In this document: piece by piece, positions 1 through 11,500 of the stretch
Position numbering within the stretch: position 1 is the first letter of the stretch
Layout: each line of letters opens with the position of its first letter
Assembly (NCBI GenBank): GCA_030539375.1
Contig: JAUNSB010000001.1
Coordinates: 49,375-113,374, forward strand
Source of the DNA: Prevotella sp.
GTDB lineage: Bacteria; Bacteroidota; Bacteroidia; Bacteroidales; Bacteroidaceae
Length of the DNA: 64,000 bases
Direction of reading: 5' to 3'
The notes under the pieces: model-generated
The model's input: only the letters and a program-made list of their open reading frames with translations
What the model was told of the DNA's origin: nothing
The model's database searches: none
Program-made: the position numbers and the translations under genes

Positions 1-1311
1 GCCCATGGGCGAGAGCAACAGCTCGCCGAAAGTGAGGATGAGATAAACGGAGATGAGCAGGTTGGGAGAAACGTCTGCCACGTGCATTGCAACAGGTGTT
101 CCGTCGGGACCTATCTCAGACTGAGGAATTGGCAGGTCGAACGAGAAGAACATGAGCAGGGCAAACGCAGCGGCAGCCACAATCATACCGTAGGCTATCT
201 TGCGGGGTGCCGACGGCTCCTTGCCCTTGGCGGCAAGACTGCCGAAGATTGCCATTGACACAGGGGTGAGCGCAACGACATAGAATGGATTGAACTGCTG
301 GAAGATTGGGGCAGACACCTCAACCTCGCCGGTGAGCTGCTGATATTTCCAAACAAGAATGCCCACGGCAGCCACAATCACGGCAGCCGAGATGCTCTTT
401 GCCTTTGTGGTCTTACTTTGGAACAGTGAGAAACCGGCATACACTATGAATATCACGAGCACGAGATTCCACACATCGAACGCCATGCCCTGCACGCCTG
501 AAGAGGAGCGAGCTGTGAACTCATCAGCAAAATAGGTAAGCGACAGACCGTTCTGATGGAATGCCATCCAGAAGAATATCACCACGGCAAACACAAGGCA
601 GAGAGCTATGATGCGCTGACCTGTCTCTTCCTTCGACAGCTCCTCCACAGCCGCATCGCCCTTTACGGCATCCTTTTTGCCTCCCTCGGTGTGCTTGAAC
701 GTGCTGCGGAACGCATAGTAGATGGCAATGGAGAGAATAAGCGAGGCGCATGCCACGGCAAACGAGAAATGATAGGCGTCATTGGACGAATAGCCTAATG
801 ACACCTCGGCATACTCCTTGATCTTGACAGCCATCGTCGGGGCAAACAGCGCACCGATGTTGATTGCCATATAGAAGATGGAGAAGCCCGAATCGCGCTT
901 TGAGGCATACTTGGGGTCATCGTAGAGATTACCCACCATCACCTGCAGGTTGCCCTTGAAGAGTCCCGTGCCGAAACCTATGAGCAACAGCGCCGCCAGC
1001 ATCACCGACAATGCCACGGTGTCGCCGCCAAGCGGCACCGACAGCAGCAGATAGCCGCCAAACATGATGATGATACCCGTGGTAACCATCTTACCGAAGC
1101 CGAACTTGTCGGCAAGCATACCGCCAAAAAGCGGAAAGAAATAAACAAGCATTAGAAACGAACTGTAGATAATGCCGGCCATGGCAGCCGACAATCCATA
1201 GTTAGCCCTTAAAAACAATGCGAAGACGGCAAGCATGGTGTAATAGCCGAAACGCTCGCCTGTGTTGGCAAGAGCCAACGCATAAAGACCTTTTGGTTGT
1301 CCTTCAAACAT
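1..1311 (-). CDS. POT/PTR2-family proton-dependent oligopeptide transporter (C-terminus runs off the left window edge)
   Basis: Absent from the ORF track because no stop lies in the window. My reverse-strand translation from ATG 1311-1309 gives MFEGQPKGLYALALANTGERFGYYTMLAVFALFL..., with the ExxERFxYY signature (GERFGYY). Hydrophobic helices continue in frame to position 1. Confidence 0.8.
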   Translation of the reverse strand, partial: MFEGQPKGLYALALANTGERFGYYTMLAVFALFLRANYGLSAAMAGIIYSSFLMLVYFFPLFGGMLADKFGFGKMVTTGIIIMFGGYLLLSVPLGGDTVALSVMLAALLLIGFGTGLFKGNLQVMVGNLYDDPKYASKRDSGFSIFYMAINIGALFAPTMAVKIKEYAEVSLGYSSNDAYHFSFAVACASLILSIAIYYAFRSTFKHTEGGKKDAVKGDAAVEELSKEETGQRIIALCLVFAVVIFFWMAFHQNGLSLTYFADEFTARSSSGVQGMAFDVWNLVLVIFIVYAGFSLFQSKTTKAKSISAAVIVAAVGILVWKYQQLTGEVEVSAPIFQQFNPFYVVALTPVSMAIFGSLAAKGKEPSAPRKIAYGMIVAAAAFALLMFFSFDLPIPQSEIGPDGTPVAMHVADVSPNLLISVYLILTFGELLLSPMG

Positions 1312-1356
1312 AATTGATTCTTTTTGTTTTGTGATTATTTTTGATTATTTGATTCT

Positions 1357-1995
1357 TCACTCTTCATTCTCTTCATCATAAATCCTGTCGAACCAGCTGC
1401 GCAACAGCCGCTCATCAGCTATCAGCTGACGCAGCGTGTTGAGCTGCCTTTCATTCTCCGAGCCCTGAATCCACAGCTTGATATATCCGTTCACCGAATA
1501 TTTTTCCGCCACGTGCTTCTTCATCCGCAGCCATTGCCCCTCGCGGTCAAGCCCGGGATAGTTGGAAAGTCCGAACTGCACCGTGCGCCTTATCACCGTC
1601 TCGGGCTCAAGACAGCGGTCGGCCTCAGCCACAATCTTGCCGTAGATGCTGCGCGGCTGGCGGCTGGCGCTGGCACGGTGATCCTCCACCGCCTCCTTCA
1701 TTATCTTTATCTGCTCATCGGAAAACCAGCGGCGCAGACGGCTGTCAGCCTGAAGAATCTTGCCACTTGTGAGATGATGTACGGCACGCGGTCCCGACAG
1801 TCCCAAGTCGTGATAGGCGGCAACGACATACACCATGTTGATGTCGGCACCCGTGGAGCGCACCAAGTCAATGGAACGGCGTATCACCGCCATCACATGA
1901 CTCAATCCGTGCGCCTTGTCGAAGTTGGCGTACTGCGGCAGAATGTTTTGCTCCACAAACTCTACCAAATCAAGACTTGCCGTGTTCTTTATCAT
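1357..1995 (-). CDS. HD-domain metal-dependent phosphohydrolase
   Basis: ORF 1357..2019. H..HD motifs are present (AHGLSHVMAV, AAYHDLG). I moved the start to the internal Met (MIKNTASL) because a minus-strand TAAATTTG -7 box at 2017-2024 overlaps the upstream ATG. Confidence 0.65.
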   Translation of the reverse strand: MIKNTASLDLVEFVEQNILPQYANFDKAHGLSHVMAVIRRSIDLVRSTGADINMVYVVAAYHDLGLSGPRAVHHLTSGKILQADSRLRRWFSDEQIKIMKEAVEDHRASASRQPRSIYGKIVAEADRCLEPETVIRRTVQFGLSNYPGLDREGQWLRMKKHVAEKYSVNGYIKLWIQGSENERQLNTLRQLIADERLLRSWFDRIYDEENEE

Positions 1996-2016
1996 AAAAA
2001 AACGAAAATATTTTTG

Positions 2017-2024
2017 CAAATTTA
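2017..2024 (-). promoter_or_regulatory. Bacteroidetes -7 promoter box (TAAATTTG) for the HD-domain gene
   Basis: The reverse complement of caaattta matches TAnnTTTG. It sits inside the palindrome ATTTGCAAAT, which also gives a plus-strand TATTTTTG at 2009-2016. Confidence 0.45.
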
Positions 2025-2036
2025 CGAAAAATATAT

Positions 2037-2044
2037 TATTTTTG
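2037..2044 (+). promoter_or_regulatory. -7 promoter box (TATTTTTG) upstream of menA
   Basis: Matches TAnnTTTG about 95 nt upstream of the menA ATG. An alternative copy lies at 2009-2016. Confidence 0.4.
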
Positions 2045-2137
2045 CAAATCCTTTAGCGGAAAAACGCTTTTTAAGATACAAAAAGCCTGCAAAACGGCAT
2101 CCGGCAACGGCAAAAAAGCACAAAAGGAAACAAAAAC

Positions 2138-3064
2138 ATGGCAATAATGACAAAAGAGACAGACATAAAGACAAACTCGGCAAAGGCGTGGCTATTGGCT
2201 GCCCGCCCCAAGACTCTGAGCGGCGCGGCTGTGCCGGTGATGATAGGACTGGCATTGGCATACACCGATGCAAACACTTACTATGCACAAGGCACATTCA
2301 AGTGGATTCCAGCCATTCTGTGCGTGCTCTTCGCCTTCGTGATGCAGATAAACGCCAACTTCATCAACGACTTCTTCGACTATCTGAAGGGAACCGACGA
2401 CATTGAGACGAGACTCGGACCGAAGCGTGCCTGTGCCCAGGGATGGATTACCCTCGACGCCATGAAGCGTGCCATTGCCGCCACCACCTGTGCGGCATGC
2501 GCCGTGGGACTGCCGCTGATATACTACGGCGGTCTGGAGATGATTCTCGTGGGAGTGCTCTGCGTGGTGTTCTGCTTTCTCTACACCACCCACCTCAGCT
2601 ATATGGGACTTGGCGACGTGCTGGTCATAGTGTTCTTCGGCATCATTCCTGTGTGCATACCTTATTATATAGAGCTTCACACGGTGACATGGCAGGCAAT
2701 TGCAGGCTCGCTGGCTTGCGGCATGGTGATAGACGCACTGCTGATAATAAACAACTACCGCGACCGTGACACCGACCGCGAGGCAGGCAAGATGACAATC
2801 ATCGTAAGGCTCGGCGCAAAATGGGGGCGCAGGCTATACCTGCTGACAGGCGTGGGCGCAACACTGCTCAACCTCGTATACTGGCAGAACGGCCATATCC
2901 TGGCATTCATCCTGCCGCTTATTTATCTGCCGCTGCACATCGCCACCTATTATAATATAAAAAGGATAAACAGCGGCAGAGCGCTCAACACCTGCCTCGG
3001 CGAGACAGCCCGCAACATTCTGATTTACGGGCTGATGGTAAGCATCGGTCTGCTGCTGGTGTAA
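2138..3064 (+). CDS. menA: 1,4-dihydroxy-2-naphthoate polyprenyltransferase (UbiA superfamily)
   Basis: 308 aa, multi-pass membrane protein. It has the UbiA-type Asp-rich motif NDFFDYLKGTDD and a second motif NNYRDRDTDREAGK, and a MenA-like N-terminus (WLLAARPKTL). Confidence 0.8.
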   Translation: MAIMTKETDIKTNSAKAWLLAARPKTLSGAAVPVMIGLALAYTDANTYYAQGTFKWIPAILCVLFAFVMQINANFINDFFDYLKGTDDIETRLGPKRACAQGWITLDAMKRAIAATTCAACAVGLPLIYYGGLEMILVGVLCVVFCFLYTTHLSYMGLGDVLVIVFFGIIPVCIPYYIELHTVTWQAIAGSLACGMVIDALLIINNYRDRDTDREAGKMTIIVRLGAKWGRRLYLLTGVGATLLNLVYWQNGHILAFILPLIYLPLHIATYYNIKRINSGRALNTCLGETARNILIYGLMVSIGLLLV

Positions 3065-3085
3065 GCCATCAGCGAAGATAAAAAA

Positions 3086-3241
3086 CTATCCCCGCAGATA
3101 ATAATAGTAAATGTAGGCAAAAATGGCTACCAGCACCAGCGTAACGATGGTGCGGAACAGGCAGCTCACAAATCTCTTGATGAGGATAACGCCAATGACT
3201 ATCGCAGCAACAAGAGCAAGATAATATCCTAAATTTCCCAT
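3086..3241 (-). CDS. small two-helix membrane protein, unknown function
   Basis: ORF 3086..3304, trimmed to the internal Met (MGNLGYYLALVAAIVIGVIL...) so that it no longer overlaps the rluA-type gene. Support is hydrophobic composition only. Confidence 0.35.
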   Translation of the reverse strand: MGNLGYYLALVAAIVIGVILIKRFVSCLFRTIVTLVLVAIFAYIYYYYLRG

Positions 3242-3257
3242 AGTCTTCTTTTTTACT

Positions 3258-4157
3258 TTAATGTTTAAACAGCATCCTGAACTGCGACGGCACAGGAGTC
3301 TCAAACTCCATCGGCTCTCCTGTCACAGGATGATGGAAGCACAGCAGGAAAGCGTGCAGGCACAGACGGTGAAGCGGATCATCACCGTTACCATATTTCA
3401 CATCACCGCAAACGGGGTGCCCCATGTCGGCAGAGTGAACGCGAATCTGGTTCTTGCGTCCAGTCTCCAGCTTAAACTCCACAAGCGAGTGCTCCGTGGT
3501 GCGGTTATGAGTGAAATAATGGGTGACGGCATACTTGCCGCCATTGTCCACGGGCGATGAGTAGGTGACATACGCCTTGTTGTCCTTCAGCCAGTTGGCT
3601 ATTGTTCCCTCGTCGTTCTCCATCTCGCCGCTCAGCACGGCAATATAACGGCGGTCGTACACAATGTCGTGCCAGTTGCGCTCAAGAATCTGCTCCGTCT
3701 CCATATCCTTGGCATAAATCATCAGCCCACTGGTGTCGCGGTCCAGTCGGTGCACCACATGGGCACGGCATTTCTGACGGCTCTTGTGGAAGTAGTCGTC
3801 GAGCACACTCTTCACGTTCAGCGACGAATGTCCTGCCGCCATCGACAGTATGCCGATGTTTTTCTCCACCACTACCAGCCAGCGGTCTTCATACACAATC
3901 TTCACATAACGGCTCTTCAGCCCCTCATTGTTTTTCTTAGTCATGCTCACCGCCACCACCATGCCGGGACGCAGGGCAAAGTCAAACTGTGTCACACACT
4001 TGCCATCAACCTTGATGCCCCTACCCTGCAGCGTTGCCTTGATTTTCGAGCGGCTCTGTCCCGCCTCCTCAATAAGAAATTCGAGCAACTGCACATCCCT
4101 GTCGACAGTGATGTAACGATAATCGCCCTTGTTACCCCTATAACCTGTATTTCGCAT
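3258..4157 (-). CDS. RluA-family 23S rRNA pseudouridine synthase with N-terminal S4 domain
   Basis: 299 aa. Catalytic motif HRLDRDTSGLMIYAK, C-terminal KNQIRVH motif, and an S4-like N-terminus (RLLEFLIEE...KIKATLQGRGIKVDG). Confidence 0.85.
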   Translation of the reverse strand: MRNTGYRGNKGDYRYITVDRDVQLLEFLIEEAGQSRSKIKATLQGRGIKVDGKCVTQFDFALRPGMVVAVSMTKKNNEGLKSRYVKIVYEDRWLVVVEKNIGILSMAAGHSSLNVKSVLDDYFHKSRQKCRAHVVHRLDRDTSGLMIYAKDMETEQILERNWHDIVYDRRYIAVLSGEMENDEGTIANWLKDNKAYVTYSSPVDNGGKYAVTHYFTHNRTTEHSLVEFKLETGRKNQIRVHSADMGHPVCGDVKYGNGDDPLHRLCLHAFLLCFHHPVTGEPMEFETPVPSQFRMLFKH

Positions 4158-4200
4158 ATTTCAGTTTGTTGTGTCTGTAAATTTTTCCGCACCACGGATA

Positions 4201-5268
4201 TTATTCCTTACGCTGTTTCTCCATAGCGTCCGACCATGCCTGCAAGCGCTTATATTCCTTTTTTGTCAGCCGCATAAACGACCCGTGCTGTGGTGCCCCC
4301 ACTCCCTGAATGTCCTGAGGGTCACTGAAGTTGCGCATAAATTTGTCAGCCTTGCAGATGCGGTAGTGCTTGGGGTTCGACGAATACTCAATGTAGCCTA
4401 TGCGCCATGTGTCGTCGCCTGCAAGCTGGAACGCCGACACTCCCTCACACTTCTTTTTGCCCTCAAAGTAAATATAGTCGTCAGCCACAGGCTCCCCCCA
4501 CGGTCCTGTGAGCGATTTTGCAGTTGCAGTGAACAATCCCGGCTGTCCGCCCTCCTTCTTTATCATCATGTGATACAGCCCGTCCGCCGGCAAGTAGTTT
4601 ATGTCGGCATCAATGGTGGCATATCCCCAGTCAAAGAGCAGTTGCGGTTTGGTGAGGGTGGTGAATGTCTCGTCGGCATACGAGTAGTACATTCTGTCAT
4701 ACTTCTCCTCAGCCCTGTTCCACAGCGAGTAGTAGATGAAATATCCGCCCTGACGGCCGTCAGCCCAGCGGTAGTCTGGGTCCCAGAATATCTGCGGTGC
4801 CCATACACGGTTAACAGTGCTCCAGTCCTTATACACATCAGGTGATTCCGGGTCGCTGAAGATTCCGGCTCCCTTACGGAAGTCGAAAGTCACCGACTTC
4901 CAGTTTATCAGGTCATCGCTCCGCAACAGGTCTATGCCGTAGTTGTCCCATTTCTTGCTCTTAGCCACACACATGTCGGTGGTCACCATAAGATAGCCCT
5001 TGCCGTCGTGGGTGCGGCAGATATAGGCATCGCGTGTGCCGCCCTCAATCCTTGCATGCTCCTGCGGCGAGAATACCGGGTCACCGTTAATCAGGTCGTT
5101 GAAATGCAGACCGTCGCGACTCAGCGCATACGCGGTCCACTCCCCTCTCCCGCTCATGTGGCAGTACAAATAACCATAGTCACCCTTTTGCAGATTCTGT
5201 GCCGGCGCGGCAATCGACATCATGCCAGCCATAACAGCCAGTCTCCATCTCCTTATGCTCTTTTTCAT
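4201..5268 (-). CDS. secreted five-bladed beta-propeller glycoside hydrolase (GH43-superfamily-like)
   Basis: Signal peptide MKKSIRRWRLAVMAGMMSIAAPAQ. GH43-like motifs are RDAYICRTHDGKGYLMV, VWAPQIFWDPD and CEGVSAFQL. The start is set at MKKS because a -7 box at 5297-5304 lies inside the longer ORF. Confidence 0.6.
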   Translation of the reverse strand: MKKSIRRWRLAVMAGMMSIAAPAQNLQKGDYGYLYCHMSGRGEWTAYALSRDGLHFNDLINGDPVFSPQEHARIEGGTRDAYICRTHDGKGYLMVTTDMCVAKSKKWDNYGIDLLRSDDLINWKSVTFDFRKGAGIFSDPESPDVYKDWSTVNRVWAPQIFWDPDYRWADGRQGGYFIYYSLWNRAEEKYDRMYYSYADETFTTLTKPQLLFDWGYATIDADINYLPADGLYHMMIKKEGGQPGLFTATAKSLTGPWGEPVADDYIYFEGKKKCEGVSAFQLAGDDTWRIGYIEYSSNPKHYRICKADKFMRNFSDPQDIQGVGAPQHGSFMRLTKKEYKRLQAWSDAMEKQRKE

Positions 5269-5296
5269 TCGTTTTCTGTATTTAGTTTTTATTCTG

Positions 5297-5304
5297 CAAA
5301 AGTA
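5297..5304 (-). promoter_or_regulatory. -7 promoter box (TACTTTTG) for the GH43-like gene
   Basis: The reverse complement of caaaagta matches TAnnTTTG, about 29 nt upstream of ATG 5268. Confidence 0.45.
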
Positions 5305-5349
5305 CAAAAAAAAATCGTAGCAGCCAAAAAGTTGGAGAATAAAGTTAAC

Positions 5350-5592
5350 CTACACTCTTATTTTCTTCACTACAACCTTACCGTTATGCTTTACCTCTAC
5401 CAGCACAATACCGTCGGCAGCGACAGTAAACTGCTCCACTGATGAAGATGCAACTCGACTGGTTACAGTCGCGCCAGATACAGAATATATTGTGATTACG
5501 TCATCTTGTGACAAGCCTTCTACTCTTACCATATTCCGCTTTGGACTAAAAATACGCAATACGTTATCGGTCTTGTCATTCAGCATGCGGTT
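5350..5592 (-). other. T9SS (Por) C-terminal sorting domain of the giant protein
   Basis: The last ~80 aa are RIFSPKRNMVRVEGLSQDDVITIYSVSGATVTSRVASSSVEQFTVAADGIVLVEVKHNGKVVVKKIRV. This is the typical type-A CTD pattern, ending in a K/R-rich beta strand. Confidence 0.6.
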
Positions 5593-8500
5593 GAAGCTTA
5601 CGGTGAAGCGTCCTTCCACATCACCAGCCTCTGCTATAGAGAAGTCATACTGACCTTCCAGAAGATCCACCGTCTTGCCAGTCTCGTTGTCTTTCAGCAC
5701 TACCGTCTCGTAGTCATCCACGTTGCAGTCTCCGGGGATGGCGAAGGTGTACATGCCAGCCTCGGGCAATGACACACCAACACTCACTTCTCCTTCTTTG
5801 TTCACTGCCGAGAGCAACGAGTAGCGGCCGCCACCCTGCCGGGCATAAATCTGCGGTCTGCCTGCCGACATCCACTTCACACCATCACCGTTTATGTCAA
5901 AGTCCGACCGTGACTCACCTACAGGCACAGCCTTCAGTTGCAGCCTGTCTTCCTGACCGTCTCCACCACTACGGGTATTGGCATGTGAAAGAGCCACTGC
6001 CATATCCTTACTTCCCAGATATGCCGTACCCGACTTCGTGTTGCCTGCCGTCGGAATCTCCACCTCAATGGTCTCTCTCTCCTTCAGAGTGGCAGTCTGT
6101 GTAAAGACAGCATCACCGGCAGGAATATAGCCTTCAGCATTATCGTCTATAGTATTGAGCGTGGTGTAAGCGCCGTTATGATAACCATACATCACCCTTC
6201 CATACTTCATATCACTGTAGTTCATGGCGCAGAGGTATGGCGAGCCGAAGAGGTTCCAGCTCATGTTCTCCTTATGTGTGAACCTGTTTCCACCTGACGA
6301 AGAAGAAGTCCATGGCTCATTGAAGTTATTCTTCAGCAACTCGATGCTCTTACCCGCATCCACATTCTCCACATAGCAGTTGCCAAAGAAGCGCACCTTG
6401 CTGCCTGCCATGCCTTCCAACAGCCAGCCTGTGGTAATCGGAGTCCTATAGGTGTTATAGTTTGTGCCCGTCCATGCGCCGTCTGTTCCACTATACTGAT
6501 AGCTATAGCCCGCACGTGTGGCGGCATCGTAGAGACTGAGCATAGCCGTGCCTTCCGTCCTTGTCACCTCAAACGGCATCACAGCCATGTCTGTACCCGA
6601 GGCACCTATGTTTCTCTCCACGGCAAAGTGTGTCAGACCTACAGCCTTGTTGTTGGCACGCAATCCTGCATGATGCTCCAGCAGCAGGAAACCGGGATTG
6701 AAAGGTGTGGCATCAGTATAATTCTTTGTAATCAGCAGCTCGGCACCGCCATCATACACACTGCCGTCATTGCCGGTCCCATCGGTATGGCGCACATACA
6801 CCACCGACTTGCCGTGAGGATAGTCATCTTCCGTAACCACATTGTCCGCTGTCATTTCCTTTGTAATGTTCCATGTCTCAAAGCAACCGTTGTCCACAGT
6901 GTTGCGGATACGTTTGTTGCCTGCGATGTCACGGCTATGACCTACCATCGTGATATAGTCAATAATGTCGGTTGTTCCTGCGTCAATATCTGCGGATGTC
7001 TCCATCAGCTGATATTCCCAGTCATCTGTGGTGACATATCTGTTGTCACCCGCAGCGCCCGTGCGGTTGTTGTCGTTACTCGTGGCAGTTTCTATTTCAC
7101 CCGTGGCAGTCACATTGACAGTCTTCACACCGCTCACACTTCCCTTCACCAAAGTATTATAGAGAATGCCGTCAGCTGCGCCGATAACATCTTTGGTTAC
7201 CACAGAAGTAGACAATATACCTTTATTAATAACAGGAGAAACATTCACCTCAAAGCCATCCACGACACTGTTATCACCTGATATGACCAGTCCGCCGTTC
7301 AGTTCCGAACGGCTGTCCCTTTCCAATAAGCCAACACGTTTGTCCAACAAATCCGTCACAATCTCGTCCGTTTCGGTATCGGTGGTAGCCTCATCATTCA
7401 TGCCTCCATACACCTTTACACCCTGATATTTCACCTGCAATGTCTCTGTGTCTTTCAGAGTATGATGCGCAAAGACGTATGCATTTGTTTTATCCTTATT
7501 AGCATTGACATACATTCCAGCCAAATCCACAGCATCCTGTAAATCATCAATGGCATTGTCCCAATCCTTGCCAGACTTATCACTGTTCAGCAATCCGGGT
7601 TTTACATATATAATAGGACGCAGATCTGACTCAAACTCATATGCGCCTATATCTATATTACCTACCACACGCACCACATTGTTGAGATCTTTCTCCGCAC
7701 TCATGTCCGCAACACCAGCCTTAGTCTTATATGTAGCCTCATTACCCATATTCAGCAAAGTGAAGTTAGGCCGGATACGATAATCTCTGTCTTCCAGCTT
7801 TGCATTATCCGGGTCACGGAAACGGGGACCGTCATTCAGGTCATCATTCACCGTACCCGCAATAAACACCTTATTATAATATATATTATCCTTTTCTGTA
7901 ACATTGTCAGCAATCATGTGCTGCGTTGTATTATTCCATGAGGTAGAATTATACACATTCAGCAGACTCTTGCTCATATCCGTACCATTCTGGGCAAATG
8001 TAGTATTTACCAGAGTGATATTATTTCCCTCTACACTTCCCACATTCAGACCATTTTTCTTATTGTCGGCAAATAGCGTATTGACCAACAGAACTTTTCC
8101 CGTATTCTTATCAAACAGTAAGCCGTCATCGTCACATGCCCTGATTGCCACATTCCTCAATGTCAATGGAGCAGAGTTTGAGGAGACATAGATACCGCAT
8201 CCCGTATTATTGATAAACGTGATACCAGAGAGGAATACATTCTTATCAGAAGATATATCCAACAGTTTTTGAGCCTTTATGTCCGGGTAATTATGTATCA
8301 CCGTAGGCGCACTGAAATCCTGTGTCTCCCGCACCTTGTTTTCTATTGTAGTACCTGTGCAAGAACCATATATCTCAAGGTTTGTCCATTCCAAACCATT
8401 TTTATCACCCGTATGCAAGGCGTATGTCGAGCCAAGAGCCACTAACGGATCCACATATTCTCCTGCCTTCACAAAAACACGTCTTGTTTTATTATTGTTT

Positions 8501-11500
8501 GAAGTTGGATTGGAAGCACCGATAATGGCACCACGCAAGTCGTCGGTGGCATTCATCCAGTTCTGACCATTTCCCAAACCTTTATTGAATACGTCAACAT
8601 AGATGGCGTCCATAGTAGAGAAGTCCTGCCTGTACTGATACTCATACAGACCGATATCTATAGGACGGCTATCCGCTGTCCCGTCCTCTTTAAGAGGACC
8701 GGAATAGCGAAGATAATCGGCATTCCCCATGTAGTCACTGATATATTCTTTGGCATACAGCTTAAACCAGTCTCTATAAGCCTGCGCATCACCAACGTAT
8801 GTTGCATCCTGCGTATAGTCACTTCCATCAGGCGCCACCTTACCGCTACCCGTATCTGTCAGTGGTGACTGTGCTATCGGGTTCCAGTTGCTTACCGGAT
8901 TATAGTTCGCCGCACCCACTTGCATGTTGGGATTAGCAAAGCGCGGTCCCGACAAATCCATATTGTCTGACACTAACTTAAAATTATGCCACGTATTGCC
9001 TGCGGCAAACAAGTCATTATAGTCGATGTCACTTGCAGAATAGGTTATATCCACAGCCCCGGGGATTGTGCTGTCTCTGCCACTGTCAGACTTATTGTTC
9101 CACAACAGGGTGTTGACCATCTTCACTTTTTTATTTGCATCAGAGCTGATGACAGGTCCCGTTGCGGTCTTGTTGCTCACAATGGTGTTGTTCATCAAGT
9201 CAACAGAGCCTCCAGCCACATGTATTGCACCACCTGTTCCCACCGAAGTGTTGTTTACAAAGATGGTATTCACGGCACGGAAAGTACCTATAGGCTCTGT
9301 AGCTGCCCCGATAACAGCCATATACACACCTCCACCTGCCGCATTTCCACTCTTGTCATCTACAGTGCTGCACCCGGCAAAAGCAGAGTTAATAGAAGTA
9401 AGGTTGCCGTTGCGCACATAGATACCGCCGCCACGCACAGCCTCATTGTCCATAAAGCGGCAGTTCACAATCTTATAATCCACACCATTGCTGTATAGTC
9501 CAGCTCCACAGCCTACCTCAGAGTTATCATCTCCACCTGTCTCACTATACAAAAAGTCTTTCGTCTTGCCATTCATCACGGTCAGACCGTCAAGTGTCAC
9601 GCTTTGCGTTTCAGGATCACCAGTACTTGTGCCCCTGTCACTATACAGTACATGGTAGGTGTTCTGCTCATTTCCCTCCATATCAATAGCTCCCGACAAG
9701 ATTGTTCCATGAGCCATTTCCCATGGCTCCAGAATATTATTGCCGTTATAGTCGGAATATTCACGCTTGTCAAGTATGTCCTTCTTTATTTCTTCCGCTT
9801 CATAACCGGTGATATCAACAAACGAAAGTGTCCCGTCAACTCCAGCAGGACTGTAACTTCCGCCATCCTCATGTGAGCAATACGTCTCATAACCAGAGAA
9901 CCCTCCATATATCTTCACGTTATATGGAACGCTAAACGAGTTCTGCCTTTGATCTGTCACACCACCAGATACAGTATGAGCATCAGCACGCCTTCTTCTT
10001 GGCTTATAGGTTCCACTGGCAACGAATATCTCAAACTCAGCCTCCTTAGCTCCCGGCACATTATTCTCACGCACGGTCCTGATATATTCCAGAGCATCGC
10101 CCAGCCAGGAGAATGGCGTATAGAATGATTGTCCGATATATGTACCGTCGCCCATAATCACATTCAAGCCTCTTGATACAAACAAACGCTTTACCAGCTT
10201 TTTGTCTTGAACCTTCGCATCTATCACAGCGTATGCGCCACAATCTACAGATATATTTTTATCGTCCGGATAATCTACTCTCTGTACTCCTCTCATGTCG
10301 TATGCAGCCACACCCAGCAAAGCCTCCAACTGCTGCTGGAAATAGGTGGTCATACCATGACTGATAAGCAGCGAATAGGGCTTCGGAGTATAGTCATCGT
10401 CATCATTGAAATAAGTTGTCTTGTCGTTTATCATAGACATATTGAAGAAGTTGCCTGGCAACTCCACAGCCTCCACATAACATTTATTGAAAGGATACCA
10501 TTCTTCAATCTCCGACGTTCCATCTGCTTTCTTATACACCTGTTCAAACAACTCAGCCTTTGTTGGATTGAGGTCTGCCGAGACATTCTTGTTACTGCCG
10601 GCATTGTTGCCGAATATCACAGAATTGGCAAACATGGCTGCTCCCTTCTCGCTATACACACCGCCAGCCAACTGCGCCTCGTTATCGGCAATAGTATTGG
10701 AGATGAGGTATGCAGGATAGCCTGTCGTCAGACCTTTTGCGGAGACATAAATGCCGCCTCCCTCCTTTTCTGCCGTATTATGGAGAATGGCACAGCCACT
10801 CACTGTTCCTCCTGGCAGCACATATAGTCCGCCACCATACATGGCAGTGTTATTCTGTACCACACAGTTTCTCACATGTGCCCATGCCGGCACAATGGCA
10901 CCACCGCCCTGCGTATTGGGATTACCCTCACCTGCCAAAGAGGTGGCGGCACCACCTTCCAGATACACACCGTCAATAATGGTCTTGACATCTGCGCCTG
11001 TCCAGTCTTGAGGTTTCTCCATAAAGGTAACAGCATGGTAACCGTTTATATCCTGTGTCGTCGTAGCCGTAGCTTTCTTAATTGGACTCAACACCGTAGG
11101 GAACTTCATAACGTCACGTATCACATTGCCGTTATCGTCTTTCTTTCTGTCTGCACTGTCATTCCAGTCCGCTGCCTGGTCATTAAATCCACCCATCAAG
11201 GTAACACCGTATGGCACAGAATAGCTATAACTCTGTGGATCTTTTTCGTCTGCCAACTTCGTGGCATGATAGGGAGTGCTTTCTGCATTGGTGTTCGCAT
11301 AGCCAGCCACCTTTACAATTACGGCATCCACCTTATCTACTTCACCTTTTGCAGACTTTCTTGCATATTCTCCAGCTGCATCCAATACTGTCTGTAGTTT
11401 TGTGGCACAGGCTGCATTGGCAAGGCTGCTTCCGCTCATGTCACCCGTCTCATTACCATTCTGTGTAACATAATACACCGCCATTTTTCTATTAGAATCG

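Noticed and set aside
1513-2406. 297-aa plus-strand ORF spanning the HD gene, the intergenic promoters and the start of menA
   Set aside because: It crosses an obvious bidirectional promoter region and is antisense to the HD gene. Its product is low-complexity.
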